From assembly GCA_964624765.1 (NCBI GenBank), contig CAZUZO010000002.1, positions 15,495 through 79,494 of the forward strand: a stretch of 64,000 bases of DNA. Direction: 5' to 3'. Source of the DNA: an uncultured Thiotrichales bacterium. Its GTDB lineage: Bacteria; Pseudomonadota; Gammaproteobacteria; HK1. A model generated the notes under the pieces. The model was not told where the DNA came from. It made no database searches and saw only the letters and a program-made list of their open reading frames with translations. Below are positions 36,497 through 46,334 of this stretch, piece by piece (the stretch's first letter is position 1; each line of letters opens with the position of its first letter). A program made the translations under genes and the position numbers.

Positions 36497-37483
36497 CTAC
36501 GACGGTTCGATGGCGGCGAGATGGCGTCCGACGGCAAGCCACGAGCCGATGACCCCGAGGAAGGCTCCGGCCATCCAGATGCTGAGCAGGGTGTCGGCAC
36601 TCATGATAGACAGGGAGAAATCGCTGCGATAGAGTGCAGCAAGCCGCTGCACCGGCGCCTGTAGGAGCCCCAAGGAGATGGCAACGAGTAGGCAAGCGAC
36701 GATGCCACCCAGGAGTCCGTACCACAGGCCGGTATAGAGAAACGGACGACGGATAAAAGCATCGGTGGCACCGAGGAGCTTGGCCACCTCGATTTCCTCG
36801 CGGCGCTTTTCGACACTGGCCCGGATAGTGCTGCCCACGATGAGCAGCACACCGACACCGAGCAGCACGCCGATCACGGTGACCCCGCGTTGTATGAGCT
36901 CCAGGATGGCTTGGAGGCGCCGTAACCAGTCGAGGTCGAATTGGGCGACCTCGATCTGCGGTTCCTGGCGCAGGGCTTTGAGGAGGCGTTCGATGCCGGC
37001 GGGGGTGGCGTGCTGCTCAGTCAGTTGCAGCACGAGCACGGCCGGCAGAGGATTTTCATCACCCATTAACTCCAAGGCGTCCTTGAAGCCGGAAAGCTGA
37101 CGGTACTCTTGGAAAGCTTGCTCACGGGTGATGACATGAATGGCTATGAGCTCGGGTCGGGCGTTCAGGGTTTTTGCAAGCGCGGCTGCTTCGGTGTCAC
37201 TGACCTCGGGTTTTAGGAACACGGAGATCTGCGCCGCATCTTCCCATGCGCGGCTCAGGCCTTGTGCATTGTCGAGGAGCACCAAGAGGCCCGCTGGGAG
37301 TGCCAGCGCGATGCCGATGACCGAGGTGATGAGCAACGTATTGAGAGGGGTATTGGCAAGCTGGCCGAGAGTGTAGATCAGGCATTGGGAATGCCAAAGC
37401 GCCCAGCCGGTGAGCCGCTTTTCGATCCAGCTCGGGGGCCGACTGCGGGGCGAACCCGCTCGTGCCGAGGCCGTTCTCCTCAT
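36497..37483 (-). CDS. ftsX: cell division ABC transporter permease FtsX
   Basis: 328 aa with 4 TM segments and a periplasmic domain. The ATGA overlaps the ftsE stop. Confidence 0.9.
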   Translation of the reverse strand: MRRTASARAGSPRSRPPSWIEKRLTGWALWHSQCLIYTLGQLANTPLNTLLITSVIGIALALPAGLLVLLDNAQGLSRAWEDAAQISVFLKPEVSDTEAAALAKTLNARPELIAIHVITREQAFQEYRQLSGFKDALELMGDENPLPAVLVLQLTEQHATPAGIERLLKALRQEPQIEVAQFDLDWLRRLQAILELIQRGVTVIGVLLGVGVLLIVGSTIRASVEKRREEIEVAKLLGATDAFIRRPFLYTGLWYGLLGGIVACLLVAISLGLLQAPVQRLAALYRSDFSLSIMSADTLLSIWMAGAFLGVIGSWLAVGRHLAAIEPS

Positions 37484-38154
37484 CGGTTTCCCCGCAGGTC
37501 GGGTTCTACCAGTATGCCATGCTTGAGAGTCATGAGACGATGCCCCATACCGCCGATGAGGTTGAGATCGTGGCTGGCAATGAGCACTGTGACGCCAAAG
37601 TGATTAAAGCGCTCGAATAGGCTCATGATCTCGCGGGACAATTCCGGATCGAGGTTGCCTGTCGGCTCGTCGGCGAGCAAGATTGCGGGTTTATTGACGA
37701 CTCCCCGCGCGATGCCGACGCGCTGCTGCTCACCGCTCGAAAGGGTAATGGGGTTCAGCCTTTCCTTACCGAGTAGCCCGACTTTGTCCAACGCCGCCCG
37801 CACGCGCCGACCAACGTCCTGTGGCGGATAGCCGGCAATGACCAGTGGCAGTGCCACGTTATCAAACACCGTGCGATCCATGAGCAGCCGGTGGTTCTGA
37901 AATACCACGCCGATGTGGCGCCGGAAATAAGGGATGCGCCGTGGGCTCATACGGTTCAGGTTTTCGCCGCCGACGATGATGTGGCCGCGTGTGACCCGCT
38001 CGATGAGAGCGATGAGGCGCAGTACCGTGGTTTTGCCTGCACCCGAATGGCCGGTCAGGAAGGCCATCTCGCCGCGGGCTAGCTCAAAGCTCACTCCCCG
38101 TAGCGCCTCATAGCCGTTCGGGTAGCGTTTGCTGACCTCGTGGAAGCGGATCAT
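37480..38154 (-). CDS. ftsE: cell division ATP-binding protein FtsE
   Basis: MIRFHEVSKRYPNG..., Walker A GHSGAGKTT, LSSGEQQR, LLADEPT. The track ORF extends 100 codons upstream into ftsY, and that extension is spurious. Confidence 0.95.
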   Translation of the reverse strand: MIRFHEVSKRYPNGYEALRGVSFELARGEMAFLTGHSGAGKTTVLRLIALIERVTRGHIIVGGENLNRMSPRRIPYFRRHIGVVFQNHRLLMDRTVFDNVALPLVIAGYPPQDVGRRVRAALDKVGLLGKERLNPITLSSGEQQRVGIARGVVNKPAILLADEPTGNLDPELSREIMSLFERFNHFGVTVLIASHDLNLIGGMGHRLMTLKHGILVEPDLRGNR

Positions 38155-38224
38155 GGGGTTTGTAGCGGCGCGTGCGGCCAATTGGTTCAGCCCGGCGTCG
38201 CGCAGGCGAAAGAAATTCGGATCG

Positions 38225-39199
38225 TTATCGGTCGAACAAGGCGTCCACGAACTCCGGGGCATTGAAGGCACGAAGATCCTCCACCGATTCTCCCACCCCG
38301 ATGAAGCGGATCGGCAGCGCCAGTTCGCGGGCAATCGCCAGCACGATGCCTCCTTTAGCGGTGCCGTCGAGCTTAGTGAGCGCGATGCCGGAGACTTGGA
38401 CGGCTTGGTGGAATTGTCGCGCCTGCGCGAGGGCGTTTTGCCCGGTGCCGGCATCGAGCACCAGCAGCGTCTCGTGGGGAGCGCTGGGATCGAGCTTGGT
38501 TATCACACGCCGCACTTTCTTGAGCTCCTCCATAAGATTGACCTGGGTATGGAGCCGGCCTGCCGTATCGGCGATCAGAACGTCAAATCCACGCGCCTTG
38601 GCAGAATGCACCGCGTCATAGACCACCGAGGCGGAATCGGCGCCGATCTGCTGCGCGACGACCGGTGTGCCTACGCGCTGACCCCACGCTTGTAGTTGTT
38701 CGATGGCAGCGGCGCGAAAAGTATCACCGGCGGCGAGCAGGACACTATGCCCTTCGGCCCGTAGGCGGCCGGCTAGTTTGCCGATGGTGGTCGTCTTGCC
38801 CGTACCGTTGACTCCTACCATCAGAATCACGAAGGGTTTCGGCCCATCGTCCGGTAAGGTAAGCGGTTGCGTGACGGGTTCCAGGATAGCCAGCATGTTC
38901 TCCCGCAGCGCGTTGAATACCGCATCTGGATCGGCGAGCTGTTTGCGGGCCAGCCGCCGAGAAAGGTCGGCGACGATTTGAGTGGTTGCCGCGATCCCCA
39001 CGTCGGCGGAGAGCAGGAGATCCTCGATGTCCTCGACGATCTCCCCGCTGACGGCGCGCTGGCGCGTGAAAAGCTCGCTGAGGCGAGCCGTCAGGCCAGT
39101 TCGGGTGCGTTTTAAGGCATCCCGCAAACGCCCGAATCGGCGCCTACCGGAGCCGCTTTGGTCATCGAGTTGCTGAGTGCGGTCTTTACGCCGAAACAT
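38225..39199 (-). CDS. ftsY: signal recognition particle receptor FtsY
   Basis: NG domain: GVNGTGKTTTIGKLA, DTAGRL, TKLDGTAKGG. ATG 39199 (MFRRKDRTQQ) is preferred over the track start 39424. Confidence 0.9.
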   Translation of the reverse strand: MFRRKDRTQQLDDQSGSGRRRFGRLRDALKRTRTGLTARLSELFTRQRAVSGEIVEDIEDLLLSADVGIAATTQIVADLSRRLARKQLADPDAVFNALRENMLAILEPVTQPLTLPDDGPKPFVILMVGVNGTGKTTTIGKLAGRLRAEGHSVLLAAGDTFRAAAIEQLQAWGQRVGTPVVAQQIGADSASVVYDAVHSAKARGFDVLIADTAGRLHTQVNLMEELKKVRRVITKLDPSAPHETLLVLDAGTGQNALAQARQFHQAVQVSGIALTKLDGTAKGGIVLAIARELALPIRFIGVGESVEDLRAFNAPEFVDALFDR

Positions 39200-39266
39200 G
39201 AGTGGGAAACGAATCTTGGCTATGGTGGTCCGATAGTGGGGTTGTTGACGACAAGGTGATCGTAAC

Positions 39267-40667
39267 ATGTTTAAGTGTTGGGTTGGGGTCTGCAAGCAAC
39301 CCCTGGCTTTCCTCCTGGCAACGACGATGGCATGGGCAGCCCCGCTGGTATTTGCCGAAGAGGCCGAAGAGGCCGGAGCGGTACAGGAGTTCGTGCTGAA
39401 GAACGGTCTCAAGGTCATCGTCAAAAAAGATCATCGCGCTCCGGTTGTGGTCACGCAAGTTTGGTATAAGGTCGGGTCAGGCCATGAGCATGGGGGTATT
39501 ACCGGAATTTCGCACATGTTGGAACATATGATGTTCAAGGGCACCCACAAGTTTGGGCCAGGAGAATTTTCACGCATCATCGCCGAGGAAGGGGGTCGCG
39601 AGAACGCTTTTACGAGCTACGATTACACGGCCTACTTCCAGAGTCTGGAGAAAAGTCGACTAGAGGTGAGCTTCGAGCTAGAAGCGGATCGGATGCAAAA
39701 TCTCAAGCTATCGTCGGAAGCGCTGGCCTTGGAAAAGCAGGTGGTGATGGAGGAACGGCGATTGCGTACCGATGATGATCCACAAAGCCTCAGCATGGAG
39801 CACTTTCGGGCGGTGGCGTTCAAGAATAGCCCCTATCGGAACCCCATCATCGGGTGGATGACAGACATCGAAAGCTATCGGATCGAGGATCTGGAAAGCT
39901 GGTACCGTCAGTGGTATGCCCCCAATAATGCCGTGGTGGTAGTGGTAGGGGATGTGGACCCAATGCAGGTCAAGGTGCTGGCCGACAAGCACTTTGGCCC
40001 GTTACCTGCGGCAGACCTGCAGGCGATCAAGCCTCGCCGGGAAGTCTCTCAACTGGGTCCCCAGCGTATCAAGATCTACCGTCCAGCGCAGGTGTCTTAC
40101 CTGTTGCTGGGCTACCAGGTGCCCTCTGTGGCCACTGCCGAGATCGATTGGGAACCCTATGCCCTCATGGTACTGGCGGCCGTCTTCGACGGAAACGATG
40201 GGGCGCGGTTCAGCAAGAACCTGGTGCGCGGTCGGCACCTGGCGGCCGAACTGACGGTGGATTACGGCCTCTATGACCGCGAGTCTACTTTATTTGTCAT
40301 CGCCGGACGCCCGACTCCGGGAACGGAGGTCGATGCCCTCGAGGCCGCTATCCGGGAGGAGATTGCCGGCGTGCAACGGGAGGTGGTGAGCGACGAGGAA
40401 CTGGAACGGATCAAGATCCGGGTGGTTGCCGAGGACGTTTACGCGAGGGATTCACTGTTTTATGAGGCGCTGCAGCTGGGGCAATTGGAGGCAGTCGGTT
40501 TGGGTTGGCAACGCCGTGAGGAGTTTGTCGATCGAATCAAATCAGTGACCGTCGAACAGGTGCAAGCCGTGGCCAACAAATACCTCCTGGAGCAAGGCTC
40601 GACGGTGGCGGTACTGAAACCGCAGGCCCTACAGGAACCAACGGAATCAAAGAACGGTAACCGATAG
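39267..40667 (+). CDS. M16 family zinc peptidase (active subunit, HxxEH)
   Basis: Signal peptide, then GISHMLEHMMFKGT (inverted zinc motif). Confidence 0.9.
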   Translation: MFKCWVGVCKQPLAFLLATTMAWAAPLVFAEEAEEAGAVQEFVLKNGLKVIVKKDHRAPVVVTQVWYKVGSGHEHGGITGISHMLEHMMFKGTHKFGPGEFSRIIAEEGGRENAFTSYDYTAYFQSLEKSRLEVSFELEADRMQNLKLSSEALALEKQVVMEERRLRTDDDPQSLSMEHFRAVAFKNSPYRNPIIGWMTDIESYRIEDLESWYRQWYAPNNAVVVVVGDVDPMQVKVLADKHFGPLPAADLQAIKPRREVSQLGPQRIKIYRPAQVSYLLLGYQVPSVATAEIDWEPYALMVLAAVFDGNDGARFSKNLVRGRHLAAELTVDYGLYDRESTLFVIAGRPTPGTEVDALEAAIREEIAGVQREVVSDEELERIKIRVVAEDVYARDSLFYEALQLGQLEAVGLGWQRREEFVDRIKSVTVEQVQAVANKYLLEQGSTVAVLKPQALQEPTESKNGNR

Positions 40668-40678
40668 GACGAAGCCTC

Positions 40679-42073
40679 ATGTACATCCAATTCCTTTGGC
40701 CGGTGCTGTTGGCTTTGGCTCTCCTGAGCGGCCCCACTTTCGCTACACCGACCATTCAGCATTGGACCACAGCCAATGGCGCCCGAGTGTACTTCGTGGC
40801 TGCCCACGAGCTGCCTCTGGTGGACATGAGGCTGGTATTCGATGCCGGTAGCGCTCGCGACCAGGACCTTCCGGGGCTAGCACGGTTCACGAATTTGATG
40901 CTGCAAGAGGGTGCCGGCCCCCATGATGCGGATACCGTTGCGGAGCGTCTAGCGGCGTTAGGTGCCGAGCTGACTACCGACTCGGGACGGGACATGGCCT
41001 GGGTCAGCCTGCGGGTTTTGAGTGATCCGGTGGTTCGGGATCCAGCCGTTGAGCTGCTGGGGCTGATCGCCGCCCAACCCGCTTTGACAGCGGAAGCGCT
41101 GAGGCGGGTGCGCGGACAGCTGCTCGTAAAGTTGCGAGCCGAGCAACAATCCCCGGCCGATGTGGCCAGTCGTGCCTTCTACACCCATGTTTTTGGCGAT
41201 CACCCCTACGCATTGCCACCGAGCGGGACGGAGGCGAGCATTTCGGCCATCGAGGTGTCTGATCTAAAGCGATTTCACCAGCGCTACTATGTGAGCCAAA
41301 ACACGGTGGTGGTGATCGTCGGTGATCTGGATCGGGCACAGGCAGAGTTGCTGGCTACCAGGGCCGTTGCCAAGCTTTCTTCAGGTGAGCCTGCCTCGGC
41401 ACTGCCCGCAGCGCCTTCCGTCGAGGCGTCGAGCGAGCGTTCTATCGACTTCCCCTCGGCGCAAACACATATTCTCGTGGGCCAACCCGCCATATCGCGG
41501 CTGCATGACGATTACTATGCGCTTTATGTGGGCAATCACGTCCTTGGAGGCGGGGGCCTCGTATCGTTGCTATTCGAAGAGATACGGGCACGTCGAGGGT
41601 TAGCCTACAGCGTGGGGAGCTACGTCATCCCGATGCGCGCCGAAGGACCTTACATTATGGGTTTGCAGACGCAAGGAGAGCAGGCGGCCAAGGCCGTGGA
41701 GTTGATGCGGGGGTTGCTGAAGGATTTTGTGAAAAAGGGTCCGACAGCGGAACAGCTGCAAGCGGCGAAGAAAAACATCACCGGCGGTTTTCCCCTTCGC
41801 CTCGACAGCAATCACAAGATACTGGGCCATGTGGCCACTATCGGTTTCTACGGATTGCCACTTGATCACCTTGACACGTTTTCTGCGCGTATCGACGCGG
41901 TCACGGTGGAGGACGTGCGCAGCGTTTTTGCCCGCCATATCGATCCGCAGCGGTTGGTCACCGTCATGGTCGGACCGAGCGGAGGCGCAAGTGTCCCATC
42001 GTCCAAGGCTAGGGAAGTCGGTATTCCGGCTAACCACGGACATTCGATCCCGAGGGATTTCATCGAGCAGTGA
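40679..42073 (+). CDS. M16 family peptidase-like protein (no HxxEH; likely non-catalytic partner)
   Basis: 464 aa with signal peptide and M16/M16_C fold-like sequence. It is paired with the upstream gene. Confidence 0.9.
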   Translation: MYIQFLWPVLLALALLSGPTFATPTIQHWTTANGARVYFVAAHELPLVDMRLVFDAGSARDQDLPGLARFTNLMLQEGAGPHDADTVAERLAALGAELTTDSGRDMAWVSLRVLSDPVVRDPAVELLGLIAAQPALTAEALRRVRGQLLVKLRAEQQSPADVASRAFYTHVFGDHPYALPPSGTEASISAIEVSDLKRFHQRYYVSQNTVVVIVGDLDRAQAELLATRAVAKLSSGEPASALPAAPSVEASSERSIDFPSAQTHILVGQPAISRLHDDYYALYVGNHVLGGGGLVSLLFEEIRARRGLAYSVGSYVIPMRAEGPYIMGLQTQGEQAAKAVELMRGLLKDFVKKGPTAEQLQAAKKNITGGFPLRLDSNHKILGHVATIGFYGLPLDHLDTFSARIDAVTVEDVRSVFARHIDPQRLVTVMVGPSGGASVPSSKAREVGIPANHGHSIPRDFIEQ

Positions 42074-42214
42074 GAGCTTGTGAAAAAACCTGCTACACAG
42101 CCCGATAGCGGCGTTGGGCGGTGCTCGCTCCTCGCCTATCTATTTGATATGTCTCGTCGCTGCGCGCCGTCCGCCTTGCTTTCGTGCCGCTCGCGACGGT
42201 TTTTTCACAAGCTC
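42074..42214 (-). mobile_element. type-2 inverted-repeat element (141 bp, perfect 17-bp termini)
   Basis: GAGCTTGTGAAAAAACC...GGTTTTTTCACAAGCTC. Flanked by TGA 42071-42073 (the stop codon of the M16 gene) and TGA 42215-42217. Confidence 0.9.
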
Positions 42215-42270
42215 TGAGTGCTGAGCCAAACCGGTGTCGCCGTGCGAAAAGTGTGTCGCCCGCAGGGGAA

Positions 42271-42873
42271 ATGTCGGTGAAACGGCAGGCCTCGGGCCGA
42301 GTCCGCATTATTGCGGGTCAATGGAAAAGAAGACATCTCGTATTTCCGGCGCGCCCGGCGCTACGCCCGACACCCGATCGCGTCCGAGAAACGCTGTTCA
42401 ACTGGCTCGGGCCGCAGGTGCAAGGCGCACGCTGTTTGGATCTCTTTGCCGGGAGCGGTGCGCTTGGCTTTGAGGCAGCCTCGCGAGGGGCGAGCCATGT
42501 GGTGATGGTGGAGCGAGATGAGGCTCTGATCCACTACCTCAGCGCGCAAGCCCTGGCCCTGGATGCGAACAATGTGGCAGTGATGGGCGAGGACGTTTTG
42601 CGTTGGTTGCAACGCAAGCGCCCGGTAGCACTGGCACCATTCGACCTGGTATTCATCGATCCGCCGTTTAGGAGCGAGCTTTGGACGCTGCTGTGTGGCT
42701 ATTTGGAGCAGGGCAGCTGGCTCCAAGATGGGGCGCTGGTATACCTAGAGAGGCCTTGGAGTAGGGCGCAGCCAGTATTACCCGCCAACTGGGGCTTGAC
42801 ACGGTCCGGACGCGCTGGCCAAGTCGGTTATTATCTGTGCAGGCGATGCCCAGGGCCTCGCGTTTCCGATTGA
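42271..42873 (+). CDS. rsmD: 16S rRNA (guanine966-N2)-methyltransferase RsmD
   Basis: GRVRIIAGQWKRRHLVFPARPALRPTPDRVRETLFNWL, DLFAGSGALGFEAASRGA, FIDPPF. AGGGGAA precedes ATG 42271. The track ORF start lies inside the repeat. Confidence 0.85.
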   Translation: MSVKRQASGRVRIIAGQWKRRHLVFPARPALRPTPDRVRETLFNWLGPQVQGARCLDLFAGSGALGFEAASRGASHVVMVERDEALIHYLSAQALALDANNVAVMGEDVLRWLQRKRPVALAPFDLVFIDPPFRSELWTLLCGYLEQGSWLQDGALVYLERPWSRAQPVLPANWGLTRSGRAGQVGYYLCRRCPGPRVSD

Positions 42874-42901
42874 TGTTGCGTACTCTACCCTACCGCCTTA
42901 A

Positions 42902-43762
<861 letters not shown>

Positions 43763-43829
43763 TTTTGGCGGTCGGTGAAGGGCGTCTCTGGGCAGGCAGT
43801 ATGCTCTCTTCAGTGGGGCGATGACGTGC

Positions 43830-44645
43830 TTAGCGCTGGCAGTGAGGGCAATAGAAGCTAGAACGTTGCCCGATGCGGGCATGCAGGAGGGTTCGTCCGC
43901 AGCCTTCGCAGGCTTGCCCGCTGCGGCCGTACACCCGTAGACTTTGGCTAAAGTAACCAGGTTGGCCGATGCTGTTGACAAAGTCACGCAAGCTGGTGCC
44001 GCCAGCCGCGATGGCATCTTCTAAGACCTGCTTGATGGCGATGCTCAGGCGCTCATAGCGCGGCTTGGAGATCCGATGCACAGGACGGGCAGGATGAATC
44101 CCTGCTAGGTAGAGCGCTTCATTGGCGTATATATTACCGATCCCCGCGACCACTTGACTGTCCATGATGAACGACTTGATGGCCATTCGTCGGCCTCGCG
44201 ATCGATGGTGCAGGTACTGACCATGGAACGGGTCGCTGAATGGCTCCGGGCCCAGTTTGGCGATGAGGGGATGGGTGCGGACATCCCTCCTCGTCCATAG
44301 GATCGCGCCGAATCGGCGCGGATCCCGTAGCCGTACACAGTGACCGTTTTTTAGCACCAGATCGACATGGTCGTGTTGGTTGGGTGATGAGCCCAACTCC
44401 GCCATGCGCAGGCTTCCGGACATTCCCAGATGAATGATGACGGTGCCGTCGGGGGTTCTGAGCAGAAGGTATTTGGCGCGGCGGTCGACTTGCTCAATGG
44501 TCAGGCCAGGTAGTTCCAGCGCCAGCTCCGTGGGTACCGGCCAGCGCAATCTTGGCTGCCTAACGTTTACCGCAACGATTTGCTGCTGGGTCAGGAAAGG
44601 GGAGAGTCCGCGACGGGTTATTTCAACTTCTGGAAGCTCAGGCAT
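43830..44645 (-). CDS. mutM: formamidopyrimidine-DNA glycosylase
   Basis: MPELPEVE..., H2TH, and C-terminal zinc finger CEGCGRTLL...YCPHCQ. Confidence 0.95.
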   Translation of the reverse strand: MPELPEVEITRRGLSPFLTQQQIVAVNVRQPRLRWPVPTELALELPGLTIEQVDRRAKYLLLRTPDGTVIIHLGMSGSLRMAELGSSPNQHDHVDLVLKNGHCVRLRDPRRFGAILWTRRDVRTHPLIAKLGPEPFSDPFHGQYLHHRSRGRRMAIKSFIMDSQVVAGIGNIYANEALYLAGIHPARPVHRISKPRYERLSIAIKQVLEDAIAAGGTSLRDFVNSIGQPGYFSQSLRVYGRSGQACEGCGRTLLHARIGQRSSFYCPHCQR

Positions 44646-44853
44646 CGGGTGTGATCTGCCTGCGGCATCTGGGCCGCTTGCTCTTTATGAGGTGGACTGT
44701 ACTCACGGGCTGATGTCAAAGACCAGGGCATAATGGGTAGGCTCGCTTGGTCTAGGTTAGCTGGTTTATCGCCGTGGGTCATCTCGGCCATTTGCTTACC
44801 TTTGCCGTTGGTTCCGACATCTGCCGCATACACCCTTGCACCGCGATGGGTTT

Positions 44854-44918
44854 GGCTGCCGAAGGCTTGGGGGTGAGGCGCTGCAAAAAGATGGCTTAGG
44901 GAAATGATGAAGATCGCC
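44854..44918 (+). repeat. type-3-related segment
   Basis: GGCTGCCGAAGGCTTGGGG (44854-44872) is identical to 4809-4827. GAAATGATGAAGATCGCC (44901-44918) resembles the type-3 terminus. Confidence 0.5.
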
Positions 44919-45403
44919 GATTTAGCACCTCGGCATAAACTGGGGCGAGGAGGATTCGGAAGCGGTCAAAACGATATCGCAGACCTCTAGCACATGAGAG
45001 CTGCGCAGATTGTCGCTTGTGCTTTGGTGGCAGTGTTGGATACTCTTAGAGGGCACCCCGTGGCCAGCTGAAGGATTCTTTCGGGTGTGGTCTTGGTGGC
45101 TGTGGCTCTCGTCCATCCATTTAACCTAAGAGGGGAGAGTGCAGAATAGTGAGTGCTTGGAGTTGCCCCCACGAGATTCGATGTGGATGTATGAGGGTTA
45201 AGGGGAGGGCCTGTGATCCGGGGATGAAAGGCTGTGTGCTTTATGGACGGTTCTTTTTCAGCAACGAAGCAAAGAACCGTCGTCAGAGGACGGGGCCGCA
45301 GGATCAAGGGGAGGGGAGTAAACAGCAGCGCAAGCTGTTGTAGCATCGATCGATCAGAGGGATCCCTGGACATCGCCTGCTGCAGGTGTGCTTATCGAAA
45401 AAC

Positions 45404-45970
45404 ATGACGCTGGTGCGCACATCTTTCCACACTCAAACGTTCTGGCTAGGAGCGTTGGTGGCCGTGTCCCTTTTTCTCGGGGGATGCGCAACTCGAGTTC
45501 CTGCTCCACTGCGTGATATCCCCTCCCCGGAAGTGAGTGTAGCCCAGGTAAGGCAAGATACTGAGAAATTTATCGGCACACGCGTTCGATGGGGGGGCAG
45601 TATAGCAGTCGTCGAAAACCGTTCCTCGGAAACGCTAATAGAGATCGTTTCTCAGCCGCTGGATCGCGATGGCCGGCCACAGCTTACTCGCGCGACGGGT
45701 GGTCGGTTCCTTGCCGAGTTCCCGGACTTCCTCGATCCCTTGATCTATGGGGAGAGGCGTCAGCTCACTGTCGTGGGCACTCTTCGGGGGGAAGTGACGC
45801 GAAGGATCGGTGACTATGAGTACGCCTTTCCGGTCGTGGCAGTCGAATCCCATTACCTTTGGGAACGGGTGACTTACCCCTCCCCAGCCCCCATTGACTG
45901 GTGGCGATACGATTGCTGGCCGTATCCCTACTCTCGATATGCTTGGCCCTTTGGCCCCTATTGCTGGTAG
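45404..45970 (+). CDS. slp: Slp family outer-membrane lipoprotein
   Basis: Lipobox LGGC. VRWGGSI...ETLIEIVSQPLDRDGRP...GRFLA...YEYAFPVV follows the Slp pattern. Confidence 0.8.
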   Translation: MTLVRTSFHTQTFWLGALVAVSLFLGGCATRVPAPLRDIPSPEVSVAQVRQDTEKFIGTRVRWGGSIAVVENRSSETLIEIVSQPLDRDGRPQLTRATGGRFLAEFPDFLDPLIYGERRQLTVVGTLRGEVTRRIGDYEYAFPVVAVESHYLWERVTYPSPAPIDWWRYDCWPYPYSRYAWPFGPYCW

Positions 45971-46094
45971 CTGTACAAGGCCAGAGCGACCGTTTTAGAC
46001 CCTTCCCTCCACTCAATCTCGCACCCTGGGGTTGCATGCCGTGATGGTAGGACTCTAATCACCCGCCGCACAAGCTCCAACACAAAAGGCGTAC

Positions 46095-46310
46095 GAAGCT
46101 GTTTTAAAAATGTCACGAGCGCCGGCAGAGCAAGGCGCACAGCGGCGACAAAATCGTCTGGAACGATTTTGAACAGCTGCAAGCTGGCCCCGAAGGGGCG
46201 AGCCCCAAGGATGGGGCGAGTCACCACCGGAGTGTACAAGGGAGTACAGAGGATGGCGAGCCGCTGCGCAACGCAGCTGAGGCAAGCGCAGTAGTTTTTA
46301 AAACAGCTTC
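46095..46310 (+). mobile_element. type-1 inverted-repeat element, long form (216 bp)
   Basis: Full architecture. Flanks are TAC (46092-46094) and TAA (46311-46313). It ends 24 nt before the transporter ATG. Confidence 0.9.
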
Positions 46311-46334
46311 TAAGGTACGGCCAGCGGAGGCGGT

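Noticed and set aside
37480-39424. N-terminal extensions of the track ORFs for ftsE (to 38454) and ftsY (to 39424). The same applies to wrbA, rsmD, coaD, yfhL, moaD, hspQ, cobT, thiolase and the fadB-like gene.
   Set aside because: The conserved protein N-termini begin at internal ATG/GTG codons, usually preceded by a Shine-Dalgarno sequence. The extensions overlap upstream genes or repeats and have no family similarity.
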